Below, in pieces: positions 28,023 to 36,797 of a DNA stretch of 64,000 nucleotides (the stretch's first letter is position 1; each line of letters begins with the position of its first letter). The notes under the pieces are model-generated. The model made no database searches and had not been told where the DNA came from. It saw only the letters and a list, made by a program, of their open reading frames with translations. The DNA lies in the IMG/VR virus record IMGVR_UViG_3300045243_000021, positions 8,003 to 72,002 of that record. One strand, written 5' to 3'. Source of the DNA: a virus. A program made the position numbers and the translations under genes.

Positions 28023-30236
28023 ATGCCGCAGATCTTGCACGTGAGCGGTGGAATCCTGACCGTGGATGGTGGCTCCGTGCCCACCATCAACACGCCGTGG
28101 GATTCCATCCCCAATTTCGGAGCCAATCCCACCAACAAGAGCATGCGGGATGGGGTATGGTCCGATCCAAGCATGTGGTCGCATGGGGTGCCCAAGGCAG
28201 GCGATGTGGTTTCCATGGGCCACATCGTTCTCTACGACGTGGTGAGCAACCAACTACTGAACACGGTTGCCGTCCAGCCGGGTGGATTGATGAGGTTCCG
28301 GCCAGACAAGTTCACTTTCCTGCATCTGCAAACTTGGTTGGTGATGCAAGGCGGGGCTGTGGAGCTTGGCAGTGTCATTAGTCCAATCAAGTACGACCCA
28401 ACGTCAACCCACTTCCTGGGAGCTGAGATCGTTATTGCTGACGTGGCTCCCAACGATACTAACCAGTGGGGGACTGGACTCGTCTGCTTGGGCAAGTTCA
28501 CTGCTTGCGGAATGCAAAAGCCATCCTTTCTGCGCCTGGCCGCCGATCCGCTCAAAGGTCAAACCACGACGGTGCTTCAACTCGCTCAGCCTGCCACCGG
28601 CTGGAACTTTGGCGACGTGGTGTTGATACCCGACACGCGGCAACTGGCCGGCAGCGAGCGGTGGGGAGCCTACGTCAGTCAGGACGAGATCGCCCTCATC
28701 ACTGTCATCTCCGCCGACGAGATGAGCTTGACCGTGCAGAAGATTACGAGCGTCGTTCCTGACCCGGGCCAAGGACCGGACGGCAGCATGGGCAGCCACC
28801 CGGTGCTCTCGCCCTCGCTGGCTTACGACCACAAGGGGGCGCTGAACCCGGACGGCTCACGATTCTGCTATTGCCACGTCGGCAATCTGACCCGCTCGGC
28901 GATCATCCGTTCGGCCAGCCACCTTGGCACGCGCGGGCATGCGTGCTTCACCTATCGGGCCGAAGTGGACGTGTCATACATCGGCTTCCACGGATTGGGC
29001 CGAACGACGAACGCCGCGATCGGCACCGCCAATCTGGCCGGACGGCATCCGGTCTACCTGCGGCACCTGATGGGACCAGCGGTTCCGCGCGCGAGCGGCC
29101 GTCAGTACGAGTTCAAGGGCTGCGCGATCTTTGATAACGACGTGCCCAAATCAACGCGCCGCTGGGCCGTGGCGCTGAACGATTCGTGCGACGGTTTGCT
29201 TCAGGGCAGCGTGCTCTACAACTGGGCCGGCGCCGGCGTGGTGACTGAGGATTATGCCTGCGTTCGCAACCTATTCGACGGCAACTTCATCTGTGGCATT
29301 CACGGCGATCACTCCGGGCGCGACAACTCGTTTGGTTCTCGTGGTCTAGACGGCACCGGCATCTGGATGAGCAACGTACGCAACGAGGTCACGAACAACG
29401 TCGCGGCCAACTGCGCCCTGACGATCCAAGAGCAAGTTTCCGGGACCGGATTCAAATACTTCATATCGCCGGACAACTCGCAAGCTGCCGTCAGCATCTC
29501 GGCCCATCCAGGTGCTGACACGTCGATTCCTGCTCAGTGCGTTGTCGTCAACATGAAGGTTGATGGTCTGGCTCACAACGAGGGCAACGAGGCTTACGGT
29601 TGCGGTGGTGGCATCACGGCTTGGCAGATCGGCACGGACGGCTATGCGATATTTCCCAACGTGCCAATCTCGACGATCAAGAACTTCGTGGCGTGGCACT
29701 GCTGGCAACAAGGGTTTTTCGGCTACCCGACCAACAACTTCTGCCTTGACGGGTTCACGTATCGCGGCGACATGAGGTTCTTTACCGATCAAGATCAGGG
29801 TGCCTACGCTTTGGAGTGGGGTGATTACCGCTGTGCCAACACAATGATAACCAATGCCGACATTCAGGGTGCGCGGCGTGGGTTCTCGAACACGACCGAC
29901 ACGCCGGGCACGCTGACGATCCAGGACAGCTTTTTTGAGTGTGGGGTGTCGGCTCTCGACCTGACCAACCAGACTTCGCCGGGCGCGCGGGCAACTATCC
30001 GCGACCGTGCCATCACGATCCGGAACGTTCGCTATGGCCCACGGACGCCGACGACCATCTACCGACCGTGGGTGGCCACCGGTGAGACGCCGACACCAGT
30101 AGATACCTGCCAGGTGATTGACCACAACGGCGTGAGCGGCGACAACTTCAGCGTCTACTTATTGAATGCTCCGTCGCCGTACGTGGCACCGGTGGACGCG
30201 GTGACGAGAGCGGGGATTGTGGGGCTGGTGAAATGA
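28023..30236 (+). CDS. G8-domain plus right-handed beta-helix protein (adhesin/depolymerase-like)
   Basis: GVWSDPSMWSHGVPKAGDVV (G8 start), 'VGNLTRSAIIRS', parallel beta-helix repeats. Confidence 0.75.
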   Translation: MPQILHVSGGILTVDGGSVPTINTPWDSIPNFGANPTNKSMRDGVWSDPSMWSHGVPKAGDVVSMGHIVLYDVVSNQLLNTVAVQPGGLMRFRPDKFTFLHLQTWLVMQGGAVELGSVISPIKYDPTSTHFLGAEIVIADVAPNDTNQWGTGLVCLGKFTACGMQKPSFLRLAADPLKGQTTTVLQLAQPATGWNFGDVVLIPDTRQLAGSERWGAYVSQDEIALITVISADEMSLTVQKITSVVPDPGQGPDGSMGSHPVLSPSLAYDHKGALNPDGSRFCYCHVGNLTRSAIIRSASHLGTRGHACFTYRAEVDVSYIGFHGLGRTTNAAIGTANLAGRHPVYLRHLMGPAVPRASGRQYEFKGCAIFDNDVPKSTRRWAVALNDSCDGLLQGSVLYNWAGAGVVTEDYACVRNLFDGNFICGIHGDHSGRDNSFGSRGLDGTGIWMSNVRNEVTNNVAANCALTIQEQVSGTGFKYFISPDNSQAAVSISAHPGADTSIPAQCVVVNMKVDGLAHNEGNEAYGCGGGITAWQIGTDGYAIFPNVPISTIKNFVAWHCWQQGFFGYPTNNFCLDGFTYRGDMRFFTDQDQGAYALEWGDYRCANTMITNADIQGARRGFSNTTDTPGTLTIQDSFFECGVSALDLTNQTSPGARATIRDRAITIRNVRYGPRTPTTIYRPWVATGETPTPVDTCQVIDHNGVSGDNFSVYLLNAPSPYVAPVDAVTRAGIVGLVK

Positions 30237-30321
30237 GGCAGTGTTGTTACTGTCCAAAAGAAGGATACCTGTTAGTCAAGCTTGCGGCCGAAAAGATAAA
30301 TAAGGGCGGGAGGGTTGAGAC

Positions 30322-30582
30322 GTGAGTGAATTTCAGGGCAAGGCTTGGCGGGGTGGCGAAGAGATTCCAGTTGATGCACCAACGCCAGACTATCCGACGT
30401 TAGCGGACATGATGGGAGACGAGCCAACGATGCTCATGTTCGGCGAGGTGGTGCATGGTTACGATCCTGATGAGCTTGAGGAACGGTTACGGCGTTTCGT
30501 CAAACTCGGTGGGCAGTTCACCTACAGCGAAACGTGCCAGAAGCGAGTCAGCGTGATTGGACCAATTGTGGTTAGCTACTAG
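30322..30582 (+). CDS. hypothetical protein
   Basis: GGAGG RBS, GTG start. Confidence 0.5.
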   Translation: MSEFQGKAWRGGEEIPVDAPTPDYPTLADMMGDEPTMLMFGEVVHGYDPDELEERLRRFVKLGGQFTYSETCQKRVSVIGPIVVSY

Positions 30583-30595
30583 GGAGTAACCTTTT

Positions 30596-30728
30596 ACGGG
30601 ACCGGCGGCACAAGTCGCTGGGTACAATCAATTGGCTGAAACCGGGCTTGCAATCCGGTAGAGGCGTCAACTCTCGCTTAGCCCGTTGACGGGGCCTTGC
30701 GACCTAGGGTCGTTCGGTCCCGTTTTTT
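30596..30728 (+). ncRNA. structured RNA element copy 2
   Basis: P1 GGCTGA/TTAGCC; P2 ACCGG/CCGGT; P3 AGAG/CTCT; loop CGTCAA (30665-70) pairs with TTGACG (30686-91); terminator plus T-tract; ACGGGACCG/CGGTCCCGT long-range pair. Confidence 0.75.
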
Positions 30729-30742
30729 ATTTGGGCTAAGCC

Positions 30743-32791
30743 GTGGCGAATGTCTCTAGTCAAGTGTTCTCGACGGACACCTGTTGGACGTGGTTCAACG
30801 GTCGCCGCGCCGTTTGGGACGCTGCCAATCAGAAGTGCTACGTCGCCGGCACCCGCAATGACGGCGTGTTGGACGTGCGCTCCTTCTGGAATCGCAGCAC
30901 CTACGACTATTACGACCTGGGCTTGCCCAACGGCTCTTCGGTGTTCGAGATCGAGGACCACGACAACCCCGGCCTGTGCTTGCTAAACAATGGCGAACTG
31001 TTTGCGGGCTTCTCCAAGCATGCCGTAACCGACGAATCCTACGTGGCACGCGCCAACGGAGCCGGTCAGGTCAGGAATTGGAACGCACGGGTCAAGGTCA
31101 GTGCCGGGGCCAAGAATTCCTACAGCGAGATTATCCCGCTCGGCGACAGCAACAACACGCTGGTACGTTTCTATCGCGACGACGACGACGCCTCCAAGCG
31201 CAAGTTCCGCACGTCCACGGATCACGGCGACACGTGGAGCAGCGCCAACACGCTCGTCAACGTGCCGGCCGGCGGTGCGCGTCCCTACCCGCAGTATGAA
31301 AAAAATGGCAGCCTGCGCGTCGATTTTTTCTTCAGCGAGGACGGGCCGGGCGAGACGCTGACTCACTGCTCGCTCTACGCGGGTTACTTGCTGTTCAACT
31401 CCGACGCCACAAGCTGGACGTGGCACCAGTTGGATGGGTCCGTTGTGGCTGGACCGACCACCGTCGATCAGTTCACGCTGGTCTACAACGGGGCCACCAA
31501 TTTCGGCTGGTGCTGGGATTTGAAGATCATCAATGGCCAGCCGCACTACGCATTCGTGCATTTTGAAACCTCTTTCACCAAGCACGTCCTGCACTGGGCG
31601 CGGTGGAACGGCTCTTCCATAGACACTGAGGTCGTGGCCAACGTCGGCGACGGCACGGCGGATTACATCGGCGACGGCTCCAGCAAGCCATACGCGGCCG
31701 GCATCGCGCTCGACCCAAACAACGAGGGCATCGTCTACCCGTGCATCAAGTACGGGGCCAATGATTTCCGCCTGGAGAACTGGACGCACAGCGGCTCCTA
31801 CGGCAGCGGATCGTGGGCCAAATCTGCTGACGTGAGCGGCAATACCGGCACCATCAACGCTCGCCCGTTCTCGCTCGACTGCTCAGGCACGACGCGCGTT
31901 TTCTGGTGGGAAGGCACGTACGCAACCTACACGAACTTTTCCACGCGGGGGCGGTGCTCGCCTGCGTTCGTCAAGAAGAACGCCAAGCCAACCACGCCGG
32001 TCTACACGTCCGCGTACGCACCCAGCGGCATCAAGGCGTGGTTCCTGATCACTGAGGGCAACGGGGCACCGGGCGACTTGACTGGCAACGGCTACGGCGG
32101 GGCATTGGTCGGTGCGCCGACGTGGAACACGGGTGGCGGCTCCGACTTCGGTAAGTTCCTTAACGGCTTCTCTACTAGCAACTACGTCAGCTTGAACACG
32201 TTGGCGGCGGCCATTGCCTTCACGTCCTACGATTTCTGGACGCTGCTGCTGTTCAAGACGACCAGCGCCAGCACGACAAGCCAATGGTCGGCAGGATTCG
32301 GGCGTAACGCTTCCGCCAACCCCATCATTACGGTCGGCAACCACAACAACGGCAGCACGCATCAGGTAGAGATGCTGGACCGCGACGACGTGCCAAACAG
32401 CGACGACATCATCACAACCGGCACTGGGGCTAACGGCGGGTTTCAGAACGACGGGGCCTATCACGTCATATTCACGCGGCGCACGGCCGCTAACGCCTTC
32501 GCCATGTTTTTCGATGGCACGTCGCGTGGTACGGGGACGGTATCGCTGGGGACGACGACTCTTGACCGCGGGGCCATTGGTTGCCTGGTCCGCACGTCGG
32601 CTGGGTCGGCCTTCGCTGGCGAAGTACATGCAATGGCAATCGGCTGGGGGGCAACGGTGCAGGACCGTTGTTGGATGTGCGAGGACTGGCTTTTCGGGCA
32701 GTTCAGCGGGTCGTTTGATCCGAATGCGGGGGCGACTGGACTTAGCATGGTGCCGGAACGACGAAGAAACCGAACACTTGTGAGGATGTAG
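30743..32791 (+). CDS. BNR-repeat beta-propeller plus LamG/ConA-like protein (receptor-binding/fibre candidate)
   Basis: EDHDNP motif, Asp-box STDHGDTWS, C-terminal lectin-like domain (YHVIFTR...MFFDG). Confidence 0.75.
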   Translation: MANVSSQVFSTDTCWTWFNGRRAVWDAANQKCYVAGTRNDGVLDVRSFWNRSTYDYYDLGLPNGSSVFEIEDHDNPGLCLLNNGELFAGFSKHAVTDESYVARANGAGQVRNWNARVKVSAGAKNSYSEIIPLGDSNNTLVRFYRDDDDASKRKFRTSTDHGDTWSSANTLVNVPAGGARPYPQYEKNGSLRVDFFFSEDGPGETLTHCSLYAGYLLFNSDATSWTWHQLDGSVVAGPTTVDQFTLVYNGATNFGWCWDLKIINGQPHYAFVHFETSFTKHVLHWARWNGSSIDTEVVANVGDGTADYIGDGSSKPYAAGIALDPNNEGIVYPCIKYGANDFRLENWTHSGSYGSGSWAKSADVSGNTGTINARPFSLDCSGTTRVFWWEGTYATYTNFSTRGRCSPAFVKKNAKPTTPVYTSAYAPSGIKAWFLITEGNGAPGDLTGNGYGGALVGAPTWNTGGGSDFGKFLNGFSTSNYVSLNTLAAAIAFTSYDFWTLLLFKTTSASTTSQWSAGFGRNASANPIITVGNHNNGSTHQVEMLDRDDVPNSDDIITTGTGANGGFQNDGAYHVIFTRRTAANAFAMFFDGTSRGTGTVSLGTTTLDRGAIGCLVRTSAGSAFAGEVHAMAIGWGATVQDRCWMCEDWLFGQFSGSFDPNAGATGLSMVPERRRNRTLVRM

Positions 32792-32794
32792 AGC

Positions 32795-33283
32795 ATGGGA
32801 CGCATTTACTCCATACCGCTGACTAACTCGGCAGGCGTAGCTGGTACTGGGGCAACTCTCATAGAGGATGCCTTTGAGATAACCGCCGCCAGCGGCAAGC
32901 CATTCTGGTTGCACGAAGTCGTTATCGGTCAGACTTCTGACTTCGGCGACGCCCAGGCCGAAGGGCTTCCATTCATCGTCAAGAAAGGCATCGGCCATAC
33001 TGCCGGTTCTGGCGGTCAGTCCGTGACGCCAGCCAAGCACCTAACCAATGATGCGGCGGCAGGAGCGACGGCCAAAATCTGCAACACGACGCAGGCCGTA
33101 GTTGGCGCTGGGTCACTCACGACGATACGCGGCGATGGATGGAACGTGCAAGGCGGCGAACAATACCTGCCAACACCTGAGACGCGCATCCTGTTTTTGC
33201 CTGCCGAAGCGTGCGTGATCTCGCTGGCGGCTCCTGCGGATGCCCTGACACTCATTGGCACCGCAGTCATCGAAGAACTCTAA
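32795..33283 (+). CDS. virion structural protein (putative)
   Basis: Beta-rich; follows the fibre-like gene. Confidence 0.55.
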   Translation: MGRIYSIPLTNSAGVAGTGATLIEDAFEITAASGKPFWLHEVVIGQTSDFGDAQAEGLPFIVKKGIGHTAGSGGQSVTPAKHLTNDAAAGATAKICNTTQAVVGAGSLTTIRGDGWNVQGGEQYLPTPETRILFLPAEACVISLAAPADALTLIGTAVIEEL

Positions 33284-33301
33284 GAATGGAGGGCAGCTAG
33301 C

Positions 33302-33724
33302 GTGGCGAATCTTTACAAAATCGGCACCACTATGCGAAATGCCGCCTGCAACGGCATTGTGCAGGCTATTGACGGCGGCACTCCGCCCGGACGTCTAGAG
33401 CACCGTACCGGCGCACAGCCAACGAACGTCAGCGATGCCAGTTCAGGCACGTTGCTGGGAACGAATACCTTCAGCAACCCTGCGTTTGGTAGTGCGTCAG
33501 TTGGCGTCTGCACGGCGAATGCCATCAGCAGCGACACGAGCGCTGACAACAGTGGAACGGCCGGCTACTTCCGTGTTTACACTGGGGCCGGTGGTGACAC
33601 GGCGGCATTGTGCCAAGGGAATAGCGGTACATCAGGCACTGACATGATCTTTGATAACAATGTAATTGTTGCTGGCGGGACCATAGCCATAACTTCCTTC
33701 ACGGTCACTATGCCTTCAAACTAA
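33302..33724 (+). CDS. virion structural protein (putative)
   Basis: GGAGG RBS; 'ADNSGTAGYFR' phage structural-like motif. Confidence 0.6.
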   Translation: MANLYKIGTTMRNAACNGIVQAIDGGTPPGRLEHRTGAQPTNVSDASSGTLLGTNTFSNPAFGSASVGVCTANAISSDTSADNSGTAGYFRVYTGAGGDTAALCQGNSGTSGTDMIFDNNVIVAGGTIAITSFTVTMPSN

Positions 33725-33734
33725 GGAGCCCCTA

Positions 33735-34157
33735 ATGGCCAAAATGTACGTAGGCGACAGTATGCACGTAGGCGGCAGTTTTGCCCCGCCACTTACTGAC
33801 GACGCTCTTGAACGCTACCGTGGGCTTGCGGCTGGCCTGCCAAAGAACTCGCGCATACGCAGCATCATGGACGACATGCTTGCGTGTTGTGACAAGTGGT
33901 GGGATTTACCCGAATCCAATGGCACTGGTAAGCCGCACGCTACCGGACTTGGCACGGTTGTGACGCTCAGTGCTGACAATGCCAAGGCTCTCGACTCACA
34001 TATTCCGTGGGATGATGAGCTGGAGACGTGGAAGCGTGTTCTTGACGGCATTGATGCTGAGACGAACAAGGAATTGCGTGACGCTGCCCATCACTTGTTG
34101 TGGCACGTCTGTGAACTATCGTTAGGTCGTGAACCGCTGACGGCTGACAAGCTGTAG
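33735..34157 (+). CDS. hypothetical protein
   Basis: AAGGAG RBS. Confidence 0.6.
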   Translation: MAKMYVGDSMHVGGSFAPPLTDDALERYRGLAAGLPKNSRIRSIMDDMLACCDKWWDLPESNGTGKPHATGLGTVVTLSADNAKALDSHIPWDDELETWKRVLDGIDAETNKELRDAAHHLLWHVCELSLGREPLTADKL

Positions 34158-34165
34158 GGCAAGCA

Positions 34166-35206
34166 ATGCCTGGCAAAGGCGTATTCCGCAGACTATTGAG
34201 GCCGTACTGGCCACCACGTCGCCGATGGCGCAAAGGCCTAACCGCTCACCAAGTGGTGTCGGCGGCTGGCGCTTGCAGCATCGGTGCCGCTACCGCGCTA
34301 GCACAAGCTACGTTTACGCCGCCGGTGTACCACGGCTCGGCAGCGGTTAACGTTGGGGCGGCGACCGCCAGCGCCCAGGCTACCTTCACGACGCCAACCT
34401 ATCATGGCTTGGCATCCGTGGCTGTGGGGCATGCCACCGCTGCTGCCAATGCGACGTTCACCGTACCGACCTATCATGGTTCCGCTGCCGTCACTATCGG
34501 GCCAGCGACCGCGGCGGCGACTGCTCTGGCATTCACGGGTTACGCAGGCCATGCAGCTCCTACTATCGGACCAGCAACGGCACTGGCTCATGCCACGTTT
34601 GTGGCACCAGTCTTTACCGGCTCGGCGGCCGTCACGATTGGGCATGCCACTGGTTCCGCTACGGCCATCTTTACCGCCCACGTCTATTTGGGTGTTGGTA
34701 GAGCAACAGTTGGACCTGCGACGGCAGCGGCTACGGCAACCTTTGTTGCCAGCACGGCGTCCATACCCCGTTACCTGAACCACAGCCCCGCTGAAATCAC
34801 CGCCAAGATGATGGCGGACATGGGCATCACGGAGGCATTCGACGGCGACAACTGGCCAACGCTCGTGAACTCGGAGCCGAACCTGCCGGACAACTGCATC
34901 ACAGTCTACGACACGACGCCGCGGGTGGACGCCCGATTCATGACGAACGGTGCCTGGGGTCGGCACCACGGCATACAGATTCGCGTACGCGGCACGACGT
35001 CGCCGGTGGCATGGACAAGGCTTAACGCCATCTATGAGCAATTGGACCGGGACGCCTACACGGAGACGGTAGCTCTGGACAGCAACACGTACGAGGTGCA
35101 TGCGTTCCATGGTTCGGTGCCGACGTTCATGGGGAAGGACGTACCGGGCGGGAAGCGGACGTTCTGGGTGCTCAACGGCACGATAACGATACGACCATTA
35201 ACTTAG
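34166..35206 (+). CDS. tail terminator-like domain fused to ~24-aa Ala/Thr repeats
   Basis: C-terminal EPNLPDNCITVYDT...GIQIRVRG; lies directly before the tail tube; about seven xYHGSAAVTIGxATAxAxATF repeats. Confidence 0.7.
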   Translation: MPGKGVFRRLLRPYWPPRRRWRKGLTAHQVVSAAGACSIGAATALAQATFTPPVYHGSAAVNVGAATASAQATFTTPTYHGLASVAVGHATAAANATFTVPTYHGSAAVTIGPATAAATALAFTGYAGHAAPTIGPATALAHATFVAPVFTGSAAVTIGHATGSATAIFTAHVYLGVGRATVGPATAAATATFVASTASIPRYLNHSPAEITAKMMADMGITEAFDGDNWPTLVNSEPNLPDNCITVYDTTPRVDARFMTNGAWGRHHGIQIRVRGTTSPVAWTRLNAIYEQLDRDAYTETVALDSNTYEVHAFHGSVPTFMGKDVPGGKRTFWVLNGTITIRPLT

Positions 35207-35213
35207 GAGAGGC

Positions 35214-35343
35214 AATGGGGCCGGCGTCTTGAGTCGTCGGTTACAATTAGACGGGCTGAAGGCGGAGTAGCTACCGCCGAGAGGCCATAACCTTCGCTGT
35301 CCGTTATGGGGCCTGCGACGAGAGTCGTCGGCCCCATTTTTTT
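35214..35343 (+). ncRNA. structured RNA element copy 3, upstream of tail tube
   Basis: P1 ACGGGC/GTCCGT; P2 GGCGG/CCGCC; P3 GAGG/CCTT; loop CCATAA (35285-90) pairs with TTATGG (35304-09); terminator ATGGGGCC/GGCCCCAT plus T7. Confidence 0.75.
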
Positions 35344-35361
35344 CGGAAACGGAGGACGCTC

Positions 35362-35904
35362 ATGATTCTGGCCATCGGTATTGTTGTTGTCCTTATCCTG
35401 CTCGCCTTGCTTACGCTCAAAGCCGCGCCGCCCACAACGGCGCGTAGCGATCCATCGAGCGCCACCGTTATCAAACTCCTGGACGGGTTTAGCTCGACCA
35501 TCGGTTGTGCGGCCAACACGGCGCTCAAGTTCTGGGAAATCACGCCCAAGCCGCCGGGCATCGATGGCGGCGACAAGATCAACACGACCACCATGCTCAA
35601 CACGGCATGGCGTACGTTCGTGCCGCGGCACCTGAAGACGCTCACGACGATGACGATTCAGGCGGCATACGACCCGGACGTGTTCAACCAGATTTATGCC
35701 GTCATCAACACCACGACTGGTTGGACCTTCCACTTCCCCGACGGCTCAACGCTCGACTTCTGGGGCGCGCTTACGAAGTTTGAACCCGGCGAAATGAAGG
35801 AAGGCGAGATGCCGGTTGCGACGATCACGATTGAACCGGGCAACTACGATAACGTCAATCGCGTGGAAGCTGCGCCCGTTCTTACGAGCGTGTCCGGGAC
35901 GTAG
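35362..35904 (+). CDS. major tail (tube) protein with hydrophobic N-terminal extension
   Basis: PPGIDGGDKINTTTM, AAYDP, FPDGSTLDFWG; precedes chaperones and tape measure. Confidence 0.8.
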   Translation: MILAIGIVVVLILLALLTLKAAPPTTARSDPSSATVIKLLDGFSSTIGCAANTALKFWEITPKPPGIDGGDKINTTTMLNTAWRTFVPRHLKTLTTMTIQAAYDPDVFNQIYAVINTTTGWTFHFPDGSTLDFWGALTKFEPGEMKEGEMPVATITIEPGNYDNVNRVEAAPVLTSVSGT

Positions 35905-36078
35905 CCCGTTCGCGTGCTTCCTGGATGAGTTGGCTGGCAAGTATGCCAAGGCCGACCAGGAAGGTGATGGAGGTGATGATGACCAGTACGAGGTCAACGT
36001 AGAAGAAAAATGGTTGGTTGCTCATGCCTCGAATGTAACGCATGGGCCAGCCACAAGGCAACAAAAAAGGAGCAACCT

Positions 36079-36513
36079 TTGGACATCAGCGAAATCGACA
36101 TCAACCCCAGGCAATCGCGTCAGCGCATCGACGGCAAGCTCTACGTCCTCCAAGAAGCCACCGTCGGTGCCATGGCACGATTCCGCAACATCCTTCGCAG
36201 CGGCAGCGACAAGAAAGCCGACGCGGAAGTGGCGTTGGTGTCGGAGTCTCTCCTTGAAACGAATGACGATGGCAGCGTGAAGCTCGGCAAGAACGGCCTA
36301 CCGCTCTGCGTTTCCGAAACGGTAGTCCGTTTGTGGCCGAACGTGGCCATTGTCAAGCTCTTCAACGAACTCGTTGACATCACCCGCGACTTCTTCCCCG
36401 GCAAAGATTCCGAGGAGCATCTAGAGAGCGTCATTGCCGATGCGCAGAAGAAGCTGGACGTCTTGCAGGCTGCCAAGAAGCTGGGGGCGGAGACGGACCA
36501 AGCAAAAAACTAG
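36079..36513 (+). CDS. tail assembly chaperone (gpG-like)
   Basis: AAGGAG RBS, TTG start; ends AKN* on a slippery site. Confidence 0.75.
   Translation: MDISEIDINPRQSRQRIDGKLYVLQEATVGAMARFRNILRSGSDKKADAEVALVSESLLETNDDGSVKLGKNGLPLCVSETVVRLWPNVAIVKLFNELVDITRDFFPGKDSEEHLESVIADAQKKLDVLQAAKKLGAETDQAKN
36504..36510 (+). other. programmed -1 frameshift site
   Basis: A AAA AAC heptamer just before the stop; the -1 frame is open into ORF 36540-36797 (gpGT-like). Confidence 0.8.
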
Positions 36514-36539
36514 CGTTCCAGCTCTACGGCCATCTGCTC

Positions 36540-36797
36540 GTGGCCATGGAGCTGGGGCTGCATTGGCGGACGTACCTGGCAACGCATACGGAGTTTGAGC
36601 ATCGCGTGTGGCTGGAGTTCCTGATTCTGAAGAACAATCCCGACACGCTGAAGCAGGCCCAATTAAAGGCGGCGCGGGCGCGAGCGGAACCGGGAACCGA
36701 CATGCCACCAATCGTCACAAAGGAAATGATCGAGCGGTTTAACAAGACACGCTGGGAAATGGGACTCAAGAAAGATGCCGGTTCAAGGGCCAGTTAA
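36540..36797 (+). CDS. tail chaperone frameshift extension (gpT-like)
   Basis: In the -1 frame of the chaperone, before the tape measure gene. Confidence 0.7.
   Translation: MAMELGLHWRTYLATHTEFEHRVWLEFLILKNNPDTLKQAQLKAARARAEPGTDMPPIVTKEMIERFNKTRWEMGLKKDAGSRAS

Noticed and set aside
30641-30659. tRNA-Ala-like anticodon arm (CT-TGC-AA loop)
   Set aside because: No D or T arms; the equivalent loops in the other two element copies differ, so it is P2 of the repeated RNA element
31883-33040. 385-aa minus-strand ORF
   Set aside because: Antisense to well-supported plus-strand genes; no domain signal
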